This document shows, one piece after another, positions 45,541 to 55,861 of a stretch of 64,000 bases of DNA (position 1 is its first letter; every line of letters starts with the position of its first letter). Where the stretch lies: NCBI GenBank assembly GCA_963745835.1, contig CAVUZH010000016.1, positions 1 to 64,000 on the forward strand, given 5' to 3'. The notes below the pieces were generated by a model. The model did not search any database. It was not told the origin of the DNA and was given only the letters and a program-made list of their open reading frames with translations. Source of the stretch: an uncultured delta proteobacterium (GTDB taxonomy: Bacteria; Desulfobacterota; Binatia; UBA9968). The position numbers were made by a program, and so were the translations under genes.

Positions 45541-46257
45541 TTACGCGTTTTCTAGCACTTTTCGCAGTTTGTCAGTGTCAACGATGATCCGCCGGCCTTG
45601 ACGCGAAATTATTTCTGCACGGTCAAACTCGTTTAGGTACTCGGTCACCTGCTGGCGCGAACCACCGACGATGCTGGCAATGAGTTCATGACTTAAGTTT
45701 AATGCGATCAAAATACCCCGCGGATCAGTCGTGCCGAAACGATCCGCCAAGTCGAGCAGCTCGACAGCTATCCGTTTACGCAAATCCAGACCTATTCCTT
45801 TGATGCAGTGAATGTACCGGCCATGTCCCGGATCGAGAGCTGCCGCATACCACGGCAGAAAAGTTTCGTAGGCGATCCCTAACAAACTCTCGATAAAGAA
45901 CTGCGGCTTAATGAGTCCTAAACTGCAGTCTTCAAAGGCTTCACATCTGAAAGGATGGCGTTTTTGAGGGAGGAACGAATCGAGTCCGAAAAATTCTCCC
46001 GCTGACAGTAAACTGACAACGGTGTGCCGCTCATTGATACTGATATGAGAGACACTGACGACCCCTGCCAGAAGCAAGTAAACCCAGCGTGCATGTTCGT
46101 CTTGGTCGAAAATGATCTCAGATTTTTCGAAAGTTCTGACGGTACAATGGTGTGCCAGTTTTTCCAACCTTTCAGGTGAAAACCTGGCTAAGTTTTTAAG
46201 TCGCTGGAGATTTTTTACATCGAGACAGTTCATATTGGCGTGCGCGCTAAGTCGCAT
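45541..46257 (-). CDS. Crp/Fnr family transcriptional regulator
   Basis: IIFDQDE..YLLLAG, GEFFG; C-terminal LSHELIASIVGGSRQQVTEYL HTH. Confidence 0.9.
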   Translation of the reverse strand: MRLSAHANMNCLDVKNLQRLKNLARFSPERLEKLAHHCTVRTFEKSEIIFDQDEHARWVYLLLAGVVSVSHISINERHTVVSLLSAGEFFGLDSFLPQKRHPFRCEAFEDCSLGLIKPQFFIESLLGIAYETFLPWYAAALDPGHGRYIHCIKGIGLDLRKRIAVELLDLADRFGTTDPRGILIALNLSHELIASIVGGSRQQVTEYLNEFDRAEIISRQGRRIIVDTDKLRKVLENA

Positions 46258-46616
46258 TTACCTGCCAGCTACAATGAATAACAGACCGATCTGGTTCCGA
46301 CAAAGGCGCGTGATTTTCTTTCACTTCGGTAAAGATTGGATCCACGGATCGTCACAATTGCTCGCAGTAGTATATAGTACGATTGAACAGATGATTCTGT
46401 CAGATCGCCGACACCATATCGAGGAGACAGTCACCCGTTAATGGCTGACAGCCACTGCCTGAGCTGTTTGGACGTCGCGACATACTTACGGTCCCGGGAG
46501 AATACGACGGGAGTCGAAGCTTAACCGCGAGATTATTGGTTTAGGCAGTATCGCAGGCGCGAACGGCTAAGCATCAAGCCTACCCTGGTCCATGAATATC
46601 AATCGTGCCGGGGCTT

Positions 46617-47724
46617 TCAAAACTTCACCCTCCCTGCATACCCGGTCATCTCGACATAACCCGATCCGGCAATGGGCTTGTTTCTGATCATTCCGTCAAT
46701 TTGCACAGCCCCTTCCCAATAAGTGACACGCGTGCTGCGGTTGGTGATTAGTTCCTGCTCTGCGAATGGCGGGACAATTTGTAACTCGATCTGCTCGGAA
46801 GGAACAATGACTTTCCACTTCATCGGATACTCGGCGCCGCTCTTCGGGCTTTTCCAACGATCTAAGACTTCGACTCCGATAGTCCTTGATGGTCAGATTC
46901 CGTGTTCTCCCAGCCGCATCGATAATCGTTCCGTGTGAGTACGGATCGACCGAGCCATCCTTGCGGCGCATGAGATAAAGCATGAGTTCGCTTTGATTAT
47001 CGAGTTGAATACTGAACCAGTCCCAGCCGACCTGATCTGGGCCGAGCTGATTGCTGCCAAACTCGTGATCCATCCAGCTCAAACCGCGAACCTTCTCCTT
47101 TTTACCATCCCGTATTAGTTCGCCCTGAGTCTGCATTCGGGTCAACGAGTAATAATAGGATGCGTGACCTTCGCCCTCACCTTTTTGGCTGTAGCCGTTT
47201 TGACCGTGCAGGACCGGCGGCTTTAGCGATTTGAGCTCGAGCCGAAGCTCCGTGCCCCGGTCGTTCACGACAATCTTATGGTTGTTCCGATCGCCCTCGA
47301 GAGTCCAGTCTTCGTTCCATACATAAAAACGCTCAGCCTTGGCGCCGGCCCTGTCACCGAGGCCGCGATTGATCCGCTCACGAAAGAGAAAATCTCTGGC
47401 ATCGATGTTCGAAAGCGCGAAATGTGCCATGTACAATTCGGTAAAGAGCGGCGGTTTGTCTTTGATGTCTTTCTGACGATCGCGCATGCCGAAGCGAAAG
47501 AATGTCACCTGATAACCGAAGCGCTGGCCGCTTTCCGCTTGAAGATGGCCGGTATAGTACCACCATTCGGTCCTGAAATCCGGATGTGAATAATGATCGG
47601 CAGGAAACGAGAGTGCTCTTCCGGGGAGAGCGAGCTTATATGTGAATCCGGTCGTCACCAGAAGAATGCTGACGAGTGCCGCGATCGATGCAGAAAGCCT
47701 GCAGTAGTAGAGACAATATTTCAC
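46617..47724 (-). CDS. AttH/CrtC-like lipocalin-fold secreted hydrolase (frameshifted)
   Basis: FPADHYSHPDFRTEWWYYTG, SYYYS, WMDHEFGS, GWDWFSIQL, YWEG, GYVEMTGY. Confidence 0.88.
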
Positions 47725-47763
47725 GATTTGCAGAGCCGTTTCGACTAATGTTATAGGGAGCCT

Positions 47764-48597
47764 ATGAATTCAAAATACACTCGTGAAACACTCCTCACAA
47801 CTGCCGAAGATTTGCACAAGAAATTGGGCTTTGAGGATCTTTGTTTGATCGATGTGCGGCCGGCGGAGGACTTTGCCGGCGGCCACCTACCGGGCGCGGT
47901 CCACTTTGATGTGTTCGGTCTGAGCCTCATCGATACGAGCGACGCACCACTCAAGGCCTTCATGCACATGATCCATCACATTTTCGAGCTGCGCGGCATT
48001 AGCGAGAAAAACGAGGTGGTTGTGTATGAGAATCAGTCCGGCATGCGCGCCGCACGGGCGCTGTGGTTCTTAGATTATCTCGGCCATCCCAATGCGCGCA
48101 TGCTCGACGGCGGCATGCAGGCCTGGAAAGCGGCAGGGTTTGCGACTACCACGGAGGCGACTCCCCCTAAAGCCGCCAGCTTTAAAATCAGCGAACGCCG
48201 CGATGTGCTCGCTACGGCACAAGACGTCCTTCAATCGCTCAACAAAAAAGAGACTGCAATTCTCGACACCCGCAGCCGCTCCGAATATCTTGGCACGCAA
48301 ATTCGAGCGGCCCGTGGCGGAGCTATTCCTGGGGCCATCCATATTGAATGGACCGATAACCTGGACAACAGCGGCAAGTTCAAATCCGCCACCGAACTGC
48401 AAGCAATGTACAGCCGGGCTGGCATCACTGCGGATAAAGAAGTGATCCCGTATTGCCAGGGCGGATACCGCTCCGCGCATAGCTACGTCGCGCTGCGTTT
48501 AATCGGCTTCCCTAGGATCCGCAACTACATTGGTTCCTGGAAAGAATGGGGTGACCGCACCGATCTGCCGATCGAACAGCCGGCAGCAAGCAAATGA
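47764..48597 (+). CDS. Tandem-rhodanese sulfurtransferase
   Basis: GHLPGA, LDGG, GAIPGA, YCQGGYRS, YIGSWKEW. Confidence 0.93.
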   Translation: MNSKYTRETLLTTAEDLHKKLGFEDLCLIDVRPAEDFAGGHLPGAVHFDVFGLSLIDTSDAPLKAFMHMIHHIFELRGISEKNEVVVYENQSGMRAARALWFLDYLGHPNARMLDGGMQAWKAAGFATTTEATPPKAASFKISERRDVLATAQDVLQSLNKKETAILDTRSRSEYLGTQIRAARGGAIPGAIHIEWTDNLDNSGKFKSATELQAMYSRAGITADKEVIPYCQGGYRSAHSYVALRLIGFPRIRNYIGSWKEWGDRTDLPIEQPAASK

Positions 48598-49565
48598 CTC
48601 TGTGCCCGGGGAAAATCCACGATCGTCCTTTTACTTTTTGCTCTCGATTTCCTGGCGGCCTCTCCGTTATTCGCAGCCGAAACACGAAAGACCACGTTTT
48701 CTTATTCCGCGGTAAGTATGACTTGGTTTCCCGTTAAAGTGGCCGTGGAGAAAGGTTTCTTTCGAAACGAAGGTCTGGATCCTCAGCTGATTCAAATGAA
48801 CGGCAATGTCGCGACGGTAGCTCTGGCCAATGGCCACATCGACTTCTCATTGAACATTTCCCCTGTGCTCAACGGCGCGATCCAAGGATTAGGGCTGAAG
48901 CTTGTCGGGGTCCTCAATATCCGCCCGTTATTTTCTTTGGTCGTGCGTCCGGAGATCCAATCAGCCACCGACTTAAAGGGTAAAGTTTTCGCGGTGAGTT
49001 CCTTCGGCAACACACAGGCGATTCTTACAGAGAAACATCTTCAGCACTTGGGATTAAAAAAAGGCGAGTACCAATTGCTGGCCATGGGCGCCACCCCATC
49101 GCGGATCGCCGCCATTGAAAAGAACATCGTCCAGGGCAGCTTGATGCCGCTGCCGGCCAACGTTCAAATGGAAACCCGGGGCTATCGCATCTTGGGCAAT
49201 ACCGCGGAAATCGTTACCCATCCGATCGCCGGTCTTGGCGTACACGAAGATAAGATAAAAAAAGATCCGGATACGATCAAAAAGACGCTGCGCGCTTGTC
49301 TGCGAAGTCTCCAACTGTTGCAGAGTAACCCCAAGGAGACACTCAAGATTCTGATAGACTGGACCGGCACTTCGGAAAAAGACGCTCTGCGATCCTTGGG
49401 GCTGGCCAAACCAGGTTTCAGCAGGAATGCCTGGGTAGCCGACGATGACCTCAGCCTGGAGTGGAGTTTCATCCAACAACAGACTAAAGAACTAACGTGC
49501 CGGTTTCCGTCGCGCACGATATGACGCTGCTTAAAGAGGCGCAACGAGACCTCAAGATCCAATAG
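48594..49565 (+). CDS. NMT1/SsuA-like ABC substrate-binding protein (frameshifted at both ends)
   Basis: Signal-like N-terminus; AVEKGFFRNEGLD, DLKGKVFAVSSFG. Confidence 0.85.
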
Positions 49566-49580
49566 GAAGAGGAGAACAGT

Positions 49581-50528
49581 ATGCGTAACCTAGATCTGCT
49601 CGCCAGTGATTCATCTCATCTGCCGTTTCTGTTTGTCTTTAAGGAATCCGGTGTCATGGAAAAGTATGGCTATGAAATCGACCTTCACATCGTCGGCGGG
49701 GCCAAAGCGCCGACGATGAAACATCGCGCCAAACTGGCGTTAGCTGGAGAGATTGATTTTCTCAGCGGGCTACACCACGAAACTTATCGAGAACGGGCCA
49801 AGGGTGAAAAGCGGTTAACCTACCTGGCCCAGGCGCAAAACAACTGGGACGACCGGCTCGTAGCGGCGCCGGCTATCAGGAGTATCCAAGATTTGAAAAA
49901 CAAGAAGATTGTCTGCCACTCCAAGGCGCCCTGCGTGTCCGGCAATTTGCGCGCGGTTCTGGAGAGTTGCGGGCTTAATGCGGAGGAAATTAAAATCGAT
50001 GTGATCGACGACAGATCCGGTAAATTCTTGGATTTTGTCGATGAAATCACTTCGGGCAAAGCCGTCGCCGCACTAGTTGATATGCCCTTCGATCTTTACG
50101 GAATCAAAAAGGGATTGCATGTAGTCGATCTTCCTGATCGACCGGTGATTCACAACACTACGCTATTGGCCACCAGCGACTACATCAACGACAATGAAGA
50201 AACGGTTTATGCGTTTCTCAAGGGTTTTATCGAGGCGCTGCATTTTTTTAAAACACAGCCCGACAAAGTCGTAACGATCTTAAAGAAAAATTTATCCCAG
50301 CGTTTTGGACTGGAAGAAGAAGAGTACTATGTCCACCTTCAGCGCGAGTGGGCGAAACTCCTTTCGAAGAAGCCGTATCCGCTACCCAGCGCGATCCAGA
50401 ACGTCTACGATCTCGATGTCGGCAAAGATCCGGCGATGCGTCATATCGGCCCCATGGAACCGTGGGATCTTCATTATCTGCGCGCCATTGACGACACCGG
50501 GTTTATCGACAAGCTCTATGCGGCTTAA
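49581..50528 (+). CDS. NMT1/SsuA-like (PBP-II fold) protein with no signal peptide
   Basis: Strong RBS; IRSIQDLKNKKI, FLKGFIEALHFFK, IDDTGFIDKLY; N-terminus has no hydrophobic core. Confidence 0.75.
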   Translation: MRNLDLLASDSSHLPFLFVFKESGVMEKYGYEIDLHIVGGAKAPTMKHRAKLALAGEIDFLSGLHHETYRERAKGEKRLTYLAQAQNNWDDRLVAAPAIRSIQDLKNKKIVCHSKAPCVSGNLRAVLESCGLNAEEIKIDVIDDRSGKFLDFVDEITSGKAVAALVDMPFDLYGIKKGLHVVDLPDRPVIHNTTLLATSDYINDNEETVYAFLKGFIEALHFFKTQPDKVVTILKKNLSQRFGLEEEEYYVHLQREWAKLLSKKPYPLPSAIQNVYDLDVGKDPAMRHIGPMEPWDLHYLRAIDDTGFIDKLYAA

Positions 50529-50592
50529 ACCGCTTTCATGAAGCTCAGCGTTATGCCAGGCGATGGCTATGGGCAGGATTCTGCTTGAAAGC

Positions 50593-51102
50593 TCACGACG
50601 GCTTTTCGCTATAGGCAGCGGGTTGCGCCATTTCCCAAAAGTACAACGTGTGCACGTTGCCCGCTCCATCACGGTAGGATTTCGCGATCTTCGGGCGGTC
50701 AATCGCCATATCGAAGGTGTACGATACGACGCGAGCACCCGGCTGGAGCTGGGCGCAGCAATAGAGGTTTTAACGCGGTATTGCCATCATGAGATAGGTA
50801 TAAAGTCACCACACTGGCGGAGGACAACTCGGCCGTCATGAAATCCTGATGGCGGACTTCCACACGTTGCTCCAATTTTTCTTGGTTAATCTTCTCACGG
50901 GCCAGTTTCACCAATCCCGGATCCACCTCAAACCCCACGGCTCTGACTCCTATCTTTTTGCTGCGGCAATAAGGACCCGGCCATCACCGGAGCCGAGGTC
51001 ATAGAGTAGATCGCCGTTTTTTACGCCTGCCAGGGTTAAAATCCGATCGACAACTTCTTGCGGCATTGGATCGAAAGGCGCCAACTGTCGAGGAAGCCTC
51101 AA
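50593..51102 (-). CDS. Class I SAM-dependent methyltransferase (frameshifted, ends approximate)
   Basis: LAPFDPMPQEVVDRILTLA, YDLGSGDGR, GFEVDP.LV, ASVVTLYL. Confidence 0.8.
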
Positions 51103-51387
51103 AATTCTAGTAATTGACTATCCAATCGCGTAAATCCTCCCTTTAGCAGTTAAGCGCCTTCTTCGGAATAGAGGGACCTCGCTGACAGAAGTATCGATTC
51201 CAGTCGCCCCATTTCGACACATTCGTCTGCCGAGACTGTGCCCGATTTTTCTGGAGAAATCATGCAGCAAGCGATGATGAATAATCCTCGCACATAATCT
51301 GACGCAGCGAAATATTTCCCAACCGGAAGCCCTATCACCGGAGAACGGGAAAGTTTTTTACAGACAATTTAGCGGTGACAGGAGTTC

Positions 51388-51407
51388 AGCAGGGCGATTG
51401 CTCTGCT
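51388..51407. terminator. Hairpin just downstream of the minus-strand small-ORF operon
   Basis: AGCAGGGC-gatt-GCTCTGCT; no clear U-tract. Confidence 0.3.
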
Positions 51408-51427
51408 AAATAGGTAGAGGAGATGAT

Positions 51428-51760
51428 TTATCGCGACTCTAATAGCTCAGAGTCGGAAGCGACCGACGAGGTTTCTATGATAGGTCGAGTAGTTCTACCA
51501 GCGATAAAAAAATAACTCAACGAAGCTATGACTATAACAATCAGGGCATTCGTAAGCATGTCTACCCACAAAAGCTTATGCGTAAGACGCTGCTCCGTGC
51601 GATTATTGACACCCGACCGAGAAGAGATGGTTTGAACCGGACTATCAACAAGGATGCTTCCCGACATTTGCGGTTTTTCGGCGCACCAAACCGGTGATGT
51701 TCCGGTCGCCGGCTTGAGGAGATCTTTCTCAATGGATTTTAACCGGCTGGCCATGTTCAT
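51428..51760 (-). CDS. Hypothetical single-TM protein
   Basis: ORF 12 nt behind the previous gene, GAGG RBS, hydrophobic ALIVIVIASLSYFFIAG. Confidence 0.5.
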   Translation of the reverse strand: MNMASRLKSIEKDLLKPATGTSPVWCAEKPQMSGSILVDSPVQTISSRSGVNNRTEQRLTHKLLWVDMLTNALIVIVIASLSYFFIAGRTTRPIIETSSVASDSELLESR

Positions 51761-51772
51761 AGCATTAAACCT

Positions 51773-52042
51773 CTAAGAGTTTTGTCTCTGAAGAGCCGCG
51801 GCTTTTCTGGTCACACGGAGGCGGGCAGCAGAGCGGTGAAATTCGCTTTGCGACACGGCGTCTATGCCAGCGTCGTTGGAGCGCTGAGAAGATTTCGACC
51901 GGAATAACTGCCAGTCAAGGTAGTGATCGCATCTACCGCAAAAACCGTTAATGCGCCGCATCCAAGCACTACAGTCGACTAAAACAACCACAAAATCGTA
52001 GTAGCATCTCGGACACCTACGTTTGTTGAGATATTTAAACAT
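51773..52042 (-). CDS. Small zinc-ribbon protein (may start at GTG 52087)
   Basis: MFKYLNKRRCPRC...INGFCGRCDHYLDW; similar to 52756-52947. Confidence 0.6.
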   Translation of the reverse strand: MFKYLNKRRCPRCYYDFVVVLVDCSAWMRRINGFCGRCDHYLDWQLFRSKSSQRSNDAGIDAVSQSEFHRSAARLRVTRKAAALQRQNS

Positions 52043-52101
52043 TACTACAGCAGATTCGTCTTTCTCGTGCGCATTCCGTTGCGCCACGCGTATCGTAAAC
52101 C

Positions 52102-52422
52102 CTAGTGAATTGTTATTGCAGTTTCGTTAGCTGCCTTGCGCTTCTTCATGATAACATCGCCTTTCAATCTAAAGATTCTTCCTCGACTACCTCTTTGATT
52201 GGCGATATTCATGCTCATCACTGCGCGATCTAAATCTGGTTCAAAGAACGCGGTATTCTCTTCCATTTTGAACGTAATCATGAACTCTTCGATTGGAATC
52301 GCCCAGGGATCATCGACACCTTCTAGCCGGGTTATCTTGTTAATCGCGTCTCGCTTGCTTCGAGCCGCTACAATGGAGCACTGACCGGCAGTTTTCTGCC
52401 CCACTACCAAAAAGAGTTTCAT
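52102..52422 (-). CDS. Hypothetical protein (106 aa)
   Basis: GGAGG RBS and a sigma54 site just upstream; MKLFLV..CSIVAARSKRDAI. Confidence 0.6.
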   Translation of the reverse strand: MKLFLVVGQKTAGQCSIVAARSKRDAINKITRLEGVDDPWAIPIEEFMITFKMEENTAFFEPDLDRAVMSMNIANQRGSRGRIFRLKGDVIMKKRKAANETAITIH

Positions 52423-52453
52423 CCGATCCCTCCGCTGAGTGTATACCGTGAAA

Positions 52454-52469
52454 AGCAATGGAAGTGCCA
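52454..52469 (-). promoter_or_regulatory. Consensus sigma54 promoter
   Basis: TGGCACTTCCATTGCT = TGGCAC-N5-TTGCT. Confidence 0.8.
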
Positions 52470-52755
52470 AAAATGGAGCCTCCATTAATAGCGCATTTGC
52501 CTACGGCCGGCGGTCAAATGATGACAAGCTTGTCAACCCGTGAACGCTACGTTACATTTTTGTCCGCCACGATATTGTGTTCTAATCAGATATTTAGTTC
52601 GGCCTGTGGAGTTCCACAACCAACAAAGCTCCCAGCACCGCGTCTAGTCGTACTGTGGCGCTACTTACCACCGCTTTCAGCACGTTGGTTTAAATTCATT
52701 GATAACAACTTTGATCCCCGGTTGTGGCGCCTGATCTGCAGAGTTAAGCTGAGAT

Positions 52756-52947
52756 ATGGCTAGATACCTCGCTCGCACGTGTCCGCGGTGTGGAAACGAT
52801 TGGGGTGTGTTTATTGCGGAGTCGAAACGCGGTCGGACTTTCCGGCCGATCCATGCTCTCTGTGCGGGCTGCGGTTATGAGATTGCTTGGGCTCTCATCA
52901 TTTCCCTAGTACGTAGTCAGAGCCGGTCTGACGGCAATTTGAAATAA
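52756..52947 (+). CDS. Small zinc-ribbon protein (63 aa)
   Basis: MARYLARTCPRC...IHALCAGCGYEIAW. Confidence 0.65.
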   Translation: MARYLARTCPRCGNDWGVFIAESKRGRTFRPIHALCAGCGYEIAWALIISLVRSQSRSDGNLK

Positions 52948-53070
52948 ACGCGGGCGATTAAACAAGGCCAACGGCGCCGGCGCACTGCTGTGTTATTTGA
53001 CTGACGTCCCAAGGGGATCTGCCGGATTGCAGAAACTTTGCGGGTGCGTCTGCAATCTTAGTAGCAAGCT

Positions 53071-53538
53071 CTAATCGCCTTTCAGCTTCCGCTGCAGTTC
53101 GTCAAGCAGCATCAATTGCCCTTCCAGGATTTTTTCTCTGGCGAGTTCTATGCTGAACCATCCGGCTCGATCCACTTCCGGAAATTCCTTACGTCTGCCG
53201 GAGCGCGGCGGCCATTCCATTGTGAAAGAATTACTTTTTATGAATTCCGCTCTACAATCGCCTTCCACGGCCCATGCGTGTACTAGCTTGCCGCCCGCCT
53301 GCCGCACCGGACCAAGAGCAATGAAACTGCCAATTACCGCAAATCCTGTTTCCTCTTGAAACTCGCGCTTGGCTGCTTCGAAGGGATCTTCACCCTTGTC
53401 AAATTCTCCTTTGGGTATCGACCACGCTCCAACATCTTTGTTCTTCCAAAACGGACCACCCGGATGCACGAGAAAAATCTCCAACTTAGAAGCACAGTAT
53501 CGATACATCAGTATGCCGGCGCTTTCTTTTTTGGCCAT
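53071..53538 (-). CDS. NUDIX-domain protein (COG4119-like)
   Basis: LVHPGGPFW, WSIPKGE, AAKREFQEETG, FPEVDRAGW. Confidence 0.92.
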   Translation of the reverse strand: MAKKESAGILMYRYCASKLEIFLVHPGGPFWKNKDVGAWSIPKGEFDKGEDPFEAAKREFQEETGFAVIGSFIALGPVRQAGGKLVHAWAVEGDCRAEFIKSNSFTMEWPPRSGRRKEFPEVDRAGWFSIELAREKILEGQLMLLDELQRKLKGD

Positions 53539-53679
53539 CTTCCTTACTCATCCAAACAGGTTTACAGAGCTGTTCACGACAAGCATCTCACGGCAGTGGG
53601 AAAATCATTGGTCTATGGTTTAGCGATTTTGCTAAAAAGATAAAAGAGATTAAGGATAACCGCGAATAATTGAAACCGA

Positions 53680-54771
53680 ATGCGTATCATCGTTCATATC
53701 GATATGGACGCGTTCTACGCGGCAGTAGAGGAGCGCTATAACCCGAGCCTGCGTGGAGTTCCGGTGGTCGTCGGTGCTGATCCTAAGGAGGGACGCGGAA
53801 GAGGTGTGGTGACGACGGCTAATTACAAAGCGCGGAGATTCGGCATTCATTCGGCCCTGCCGATCTCGCGCGCTTGGCGACTTGCGCAAGCGGCGTGCAA
53901 ACGAGGCGAAGCCGAAACGGTATTCATTCGTTCAAACTTTCAGCTTTACGAGACGGTTTCCAGCCGGATCATGCAGATCTTAATGCGCTCGGCGGATGCC
54001 GTTGAGGAAGCCAGTATCGACGAGGCCTACCTGGATGTCTCGTCGCTCGATTCCTTCGACGCGGCTCTAGAGCGCATGGCGGCGCTCAAGGCGGAGATCT
54101 TCGAGAAGGAAGAGCTCGGCTGCTCTGTTGGGATTGGCCCGAACAAGCTGATCGCCAAAATCGCATCCGGCCTAAATAAGCCTGATGGGTTGACAACCGT
54201 AACTTATGAGGAGGCTCGGGAATTCATCGATCCTCTTCCAATCCGTGTAATTCCCGGCGTTGGGCCCAAGGGCGAAGCCTTTCTGCACCAGCAAAACATT
54301 CGACTGGTGAGAGAACTACGAGAGATCCCGGAAACGAGGCTGACACAGTGGTTTGGCAGTTGGGGGCTGCGTCTGTTCGAAAAGGCGCAGGGGCTGGATG
54401 ATTCTCCAGTGTCGAACGAGTGGATACGAAAATCGATAGGCGAGCAGGAAACCTTCGAGCAGGATAGCCGAGAGCTCGCTGTGGTAAGAGAGCAACTTTT
54501 TGGTATGGCAGAGCGGGTTGCTACAAAATTCGGGAAAAGTGAATTTTCAGGATTTCGGACTATGACACTGACCGTGCGCTTCTCTGATTTTGACACTCGC
54601 AATCGTTCTCGAACCATTAAAAATGGCGTCCGGGTCGATAGCACCGGAGAAGCGTTGCAACTGATCAAGAAGGAAGCGCTGGAGCTTCTGTTACCCTTTT
54701 TCGATGCGCGGGAAAACCCTCGGGGCAAAGCGATCCGGCTGATCGGTTTGCGTTTCGAAAAACTATTTTGA
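53680..54771 (+). CDS. dinB: Y-family DNA polymerase IV
   Basis: HIDMDAFYAAVE, TANYKARRFG, SIDEAYLD, NKLIAKIAS..KPDG, IRLIG. Confidence 0.95.
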   Translation: MRIIVHIDMDAFYAAVEERYNPSLRGVPVVVGADPKEGRGRGVVTTANYKARRFGIHSALPISRAWRLAQAACKRGEAETVFIRSNFQLYETVSSRIMQILMRSADAVEEASIDEAYLDVSSLDSFDAALERMAALKAEIFEKEELGCSVGIGPNKLIAKIASGLNKPDGLTTVTYEEAREFIDPLPIRVIPGVGPKGEAFLHQQNIRLVRELREIPETRLTQWFGSWGLRLFEKAQGLDDSPVSNEWIRKSIGEQETFEQDSRELAVVREQLFGMAERVATKFGKSEFSGFRTMTLTVRFSDFDTRNRSRTIKNGVRVDSTGEALQLIKKEALELLLPFFDARENPRGKAIRLIGLRFEKLF

Positions 54772-54976
54772 ATTCACGAAAGCTCGTAGCTCTTCGAGTT
54801 TCAGCGGAGTTCCTGCGACCAGCGCTCCGGGAGTTTTGCGGATCTGAAAAGAAATCAACAGTTGGCTATTTTCAATAGATTGTCGGATGACGCATCCGGA
54901 TTAAGAGTCAGTAATCCGGACGCTCCCGTGCTCGAATTGATTGGGTGTAGAAAAACGGCTCTGCCTGATTCCGCCC

Positions 54977-55861
54977 TTATCCGCGTTTACCTTCGGCCGC
55001 GAGTAAGCGAGCAAAATCCTGGGCCGCCTTCGGTTCAGCGCGCCGGTGCACGCTCGCGCTGATTTCGCGATTGCGCAGCAATCCCACAAGCCTTTCTGAA
55101 TAACAAACCCGCACCAGCTCATTGCGCGCTTTCGCTTTTTCCCCGGCATGAAGATCGTGCAGCGCTTGGGCAACCTCCGGGCCGGAGGCCCAGGATGCTC
55201 TGAAGACAAGCAACCCTTCCTTGTTGATGATGAACACTCCATTAGCTGAGCCTCGATAAACGTTTCGGACTGTATTCTCCGGGGTATCCACGAGTATGTG
55301 AAATGCAACTTTCTCTTCCTTCTTCAGCCGCAGAGCATTCTTCACGCGCTCCTCAATGGTGGTGGGCTGGAGAATATTTTCTCCCGGATGCGGTTCCCTG
55401 GTATAAACTAGGAAGAATTTGAAACCTTTTTTCTTATATTGAGCGTGCAGGGAGCGGATCGACGGACCTCCCGCTCTGAGTTGGGCGACCGTGGCGCCGC
55501 AGGTCACGCTGCCAACATCAAAACCACGTAAGACTTGCCACGAAATCTAGAGAGCCGGACTATTTTTCCGCCGAGATCGAGCAATGAAAAATCCGGAGCT
55601 TCTGTCCCGACTCGGACGTCGTGCACGTTGAAACGTAAAGCGCCTTCTAAACGATGCGCCGGAAACCTGTCGAGCGTCGCCGTTTTGTCTTTGATTGGCC
55701 GCCTCTTCTGTTTTGCCGGGCGCCCCCCCGCACAACGTACTCGCGCCAGTGCGACACAGGCGATCAAGCGTCGGCCACCGGACGCGCCACCCAGGGGGCG
55801 CTGATTACCTGGAACGCTATACTATGATTGGTGTTGGCCCATCTAGGTTGACCAAGCTCAT
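54977..55861 (-). CDS. Iodothyronine-deiodinase-like/peroxiredoxin-fold protein (frameshifted; 5' end uncertain)
   Basis: VGTEAPDFSL..VRLSRFRGKSYVVLM; a one-base repair gives FGSVTC; then FFLVYTREPHPGE, ILVD, FIINKEG. Confidence 0.75.

Noticed and set aside
53539-53679. LexA box between NUDIX and dinB (GTTTAC-N6-GTTCAC)
   Set aside because: Spacing does not fit the GTTC-N7-GTTC motif or other LexA boxes I know
55504-55506. In-frame TGA followed by Pro in the deiodinase-like gene, suggesting selenocysteine
   Set aside because: Readthrough gives non-homologous sequence and an early stop, while a one-base repair just upstream restores FGSVTC with a normal Cys codon
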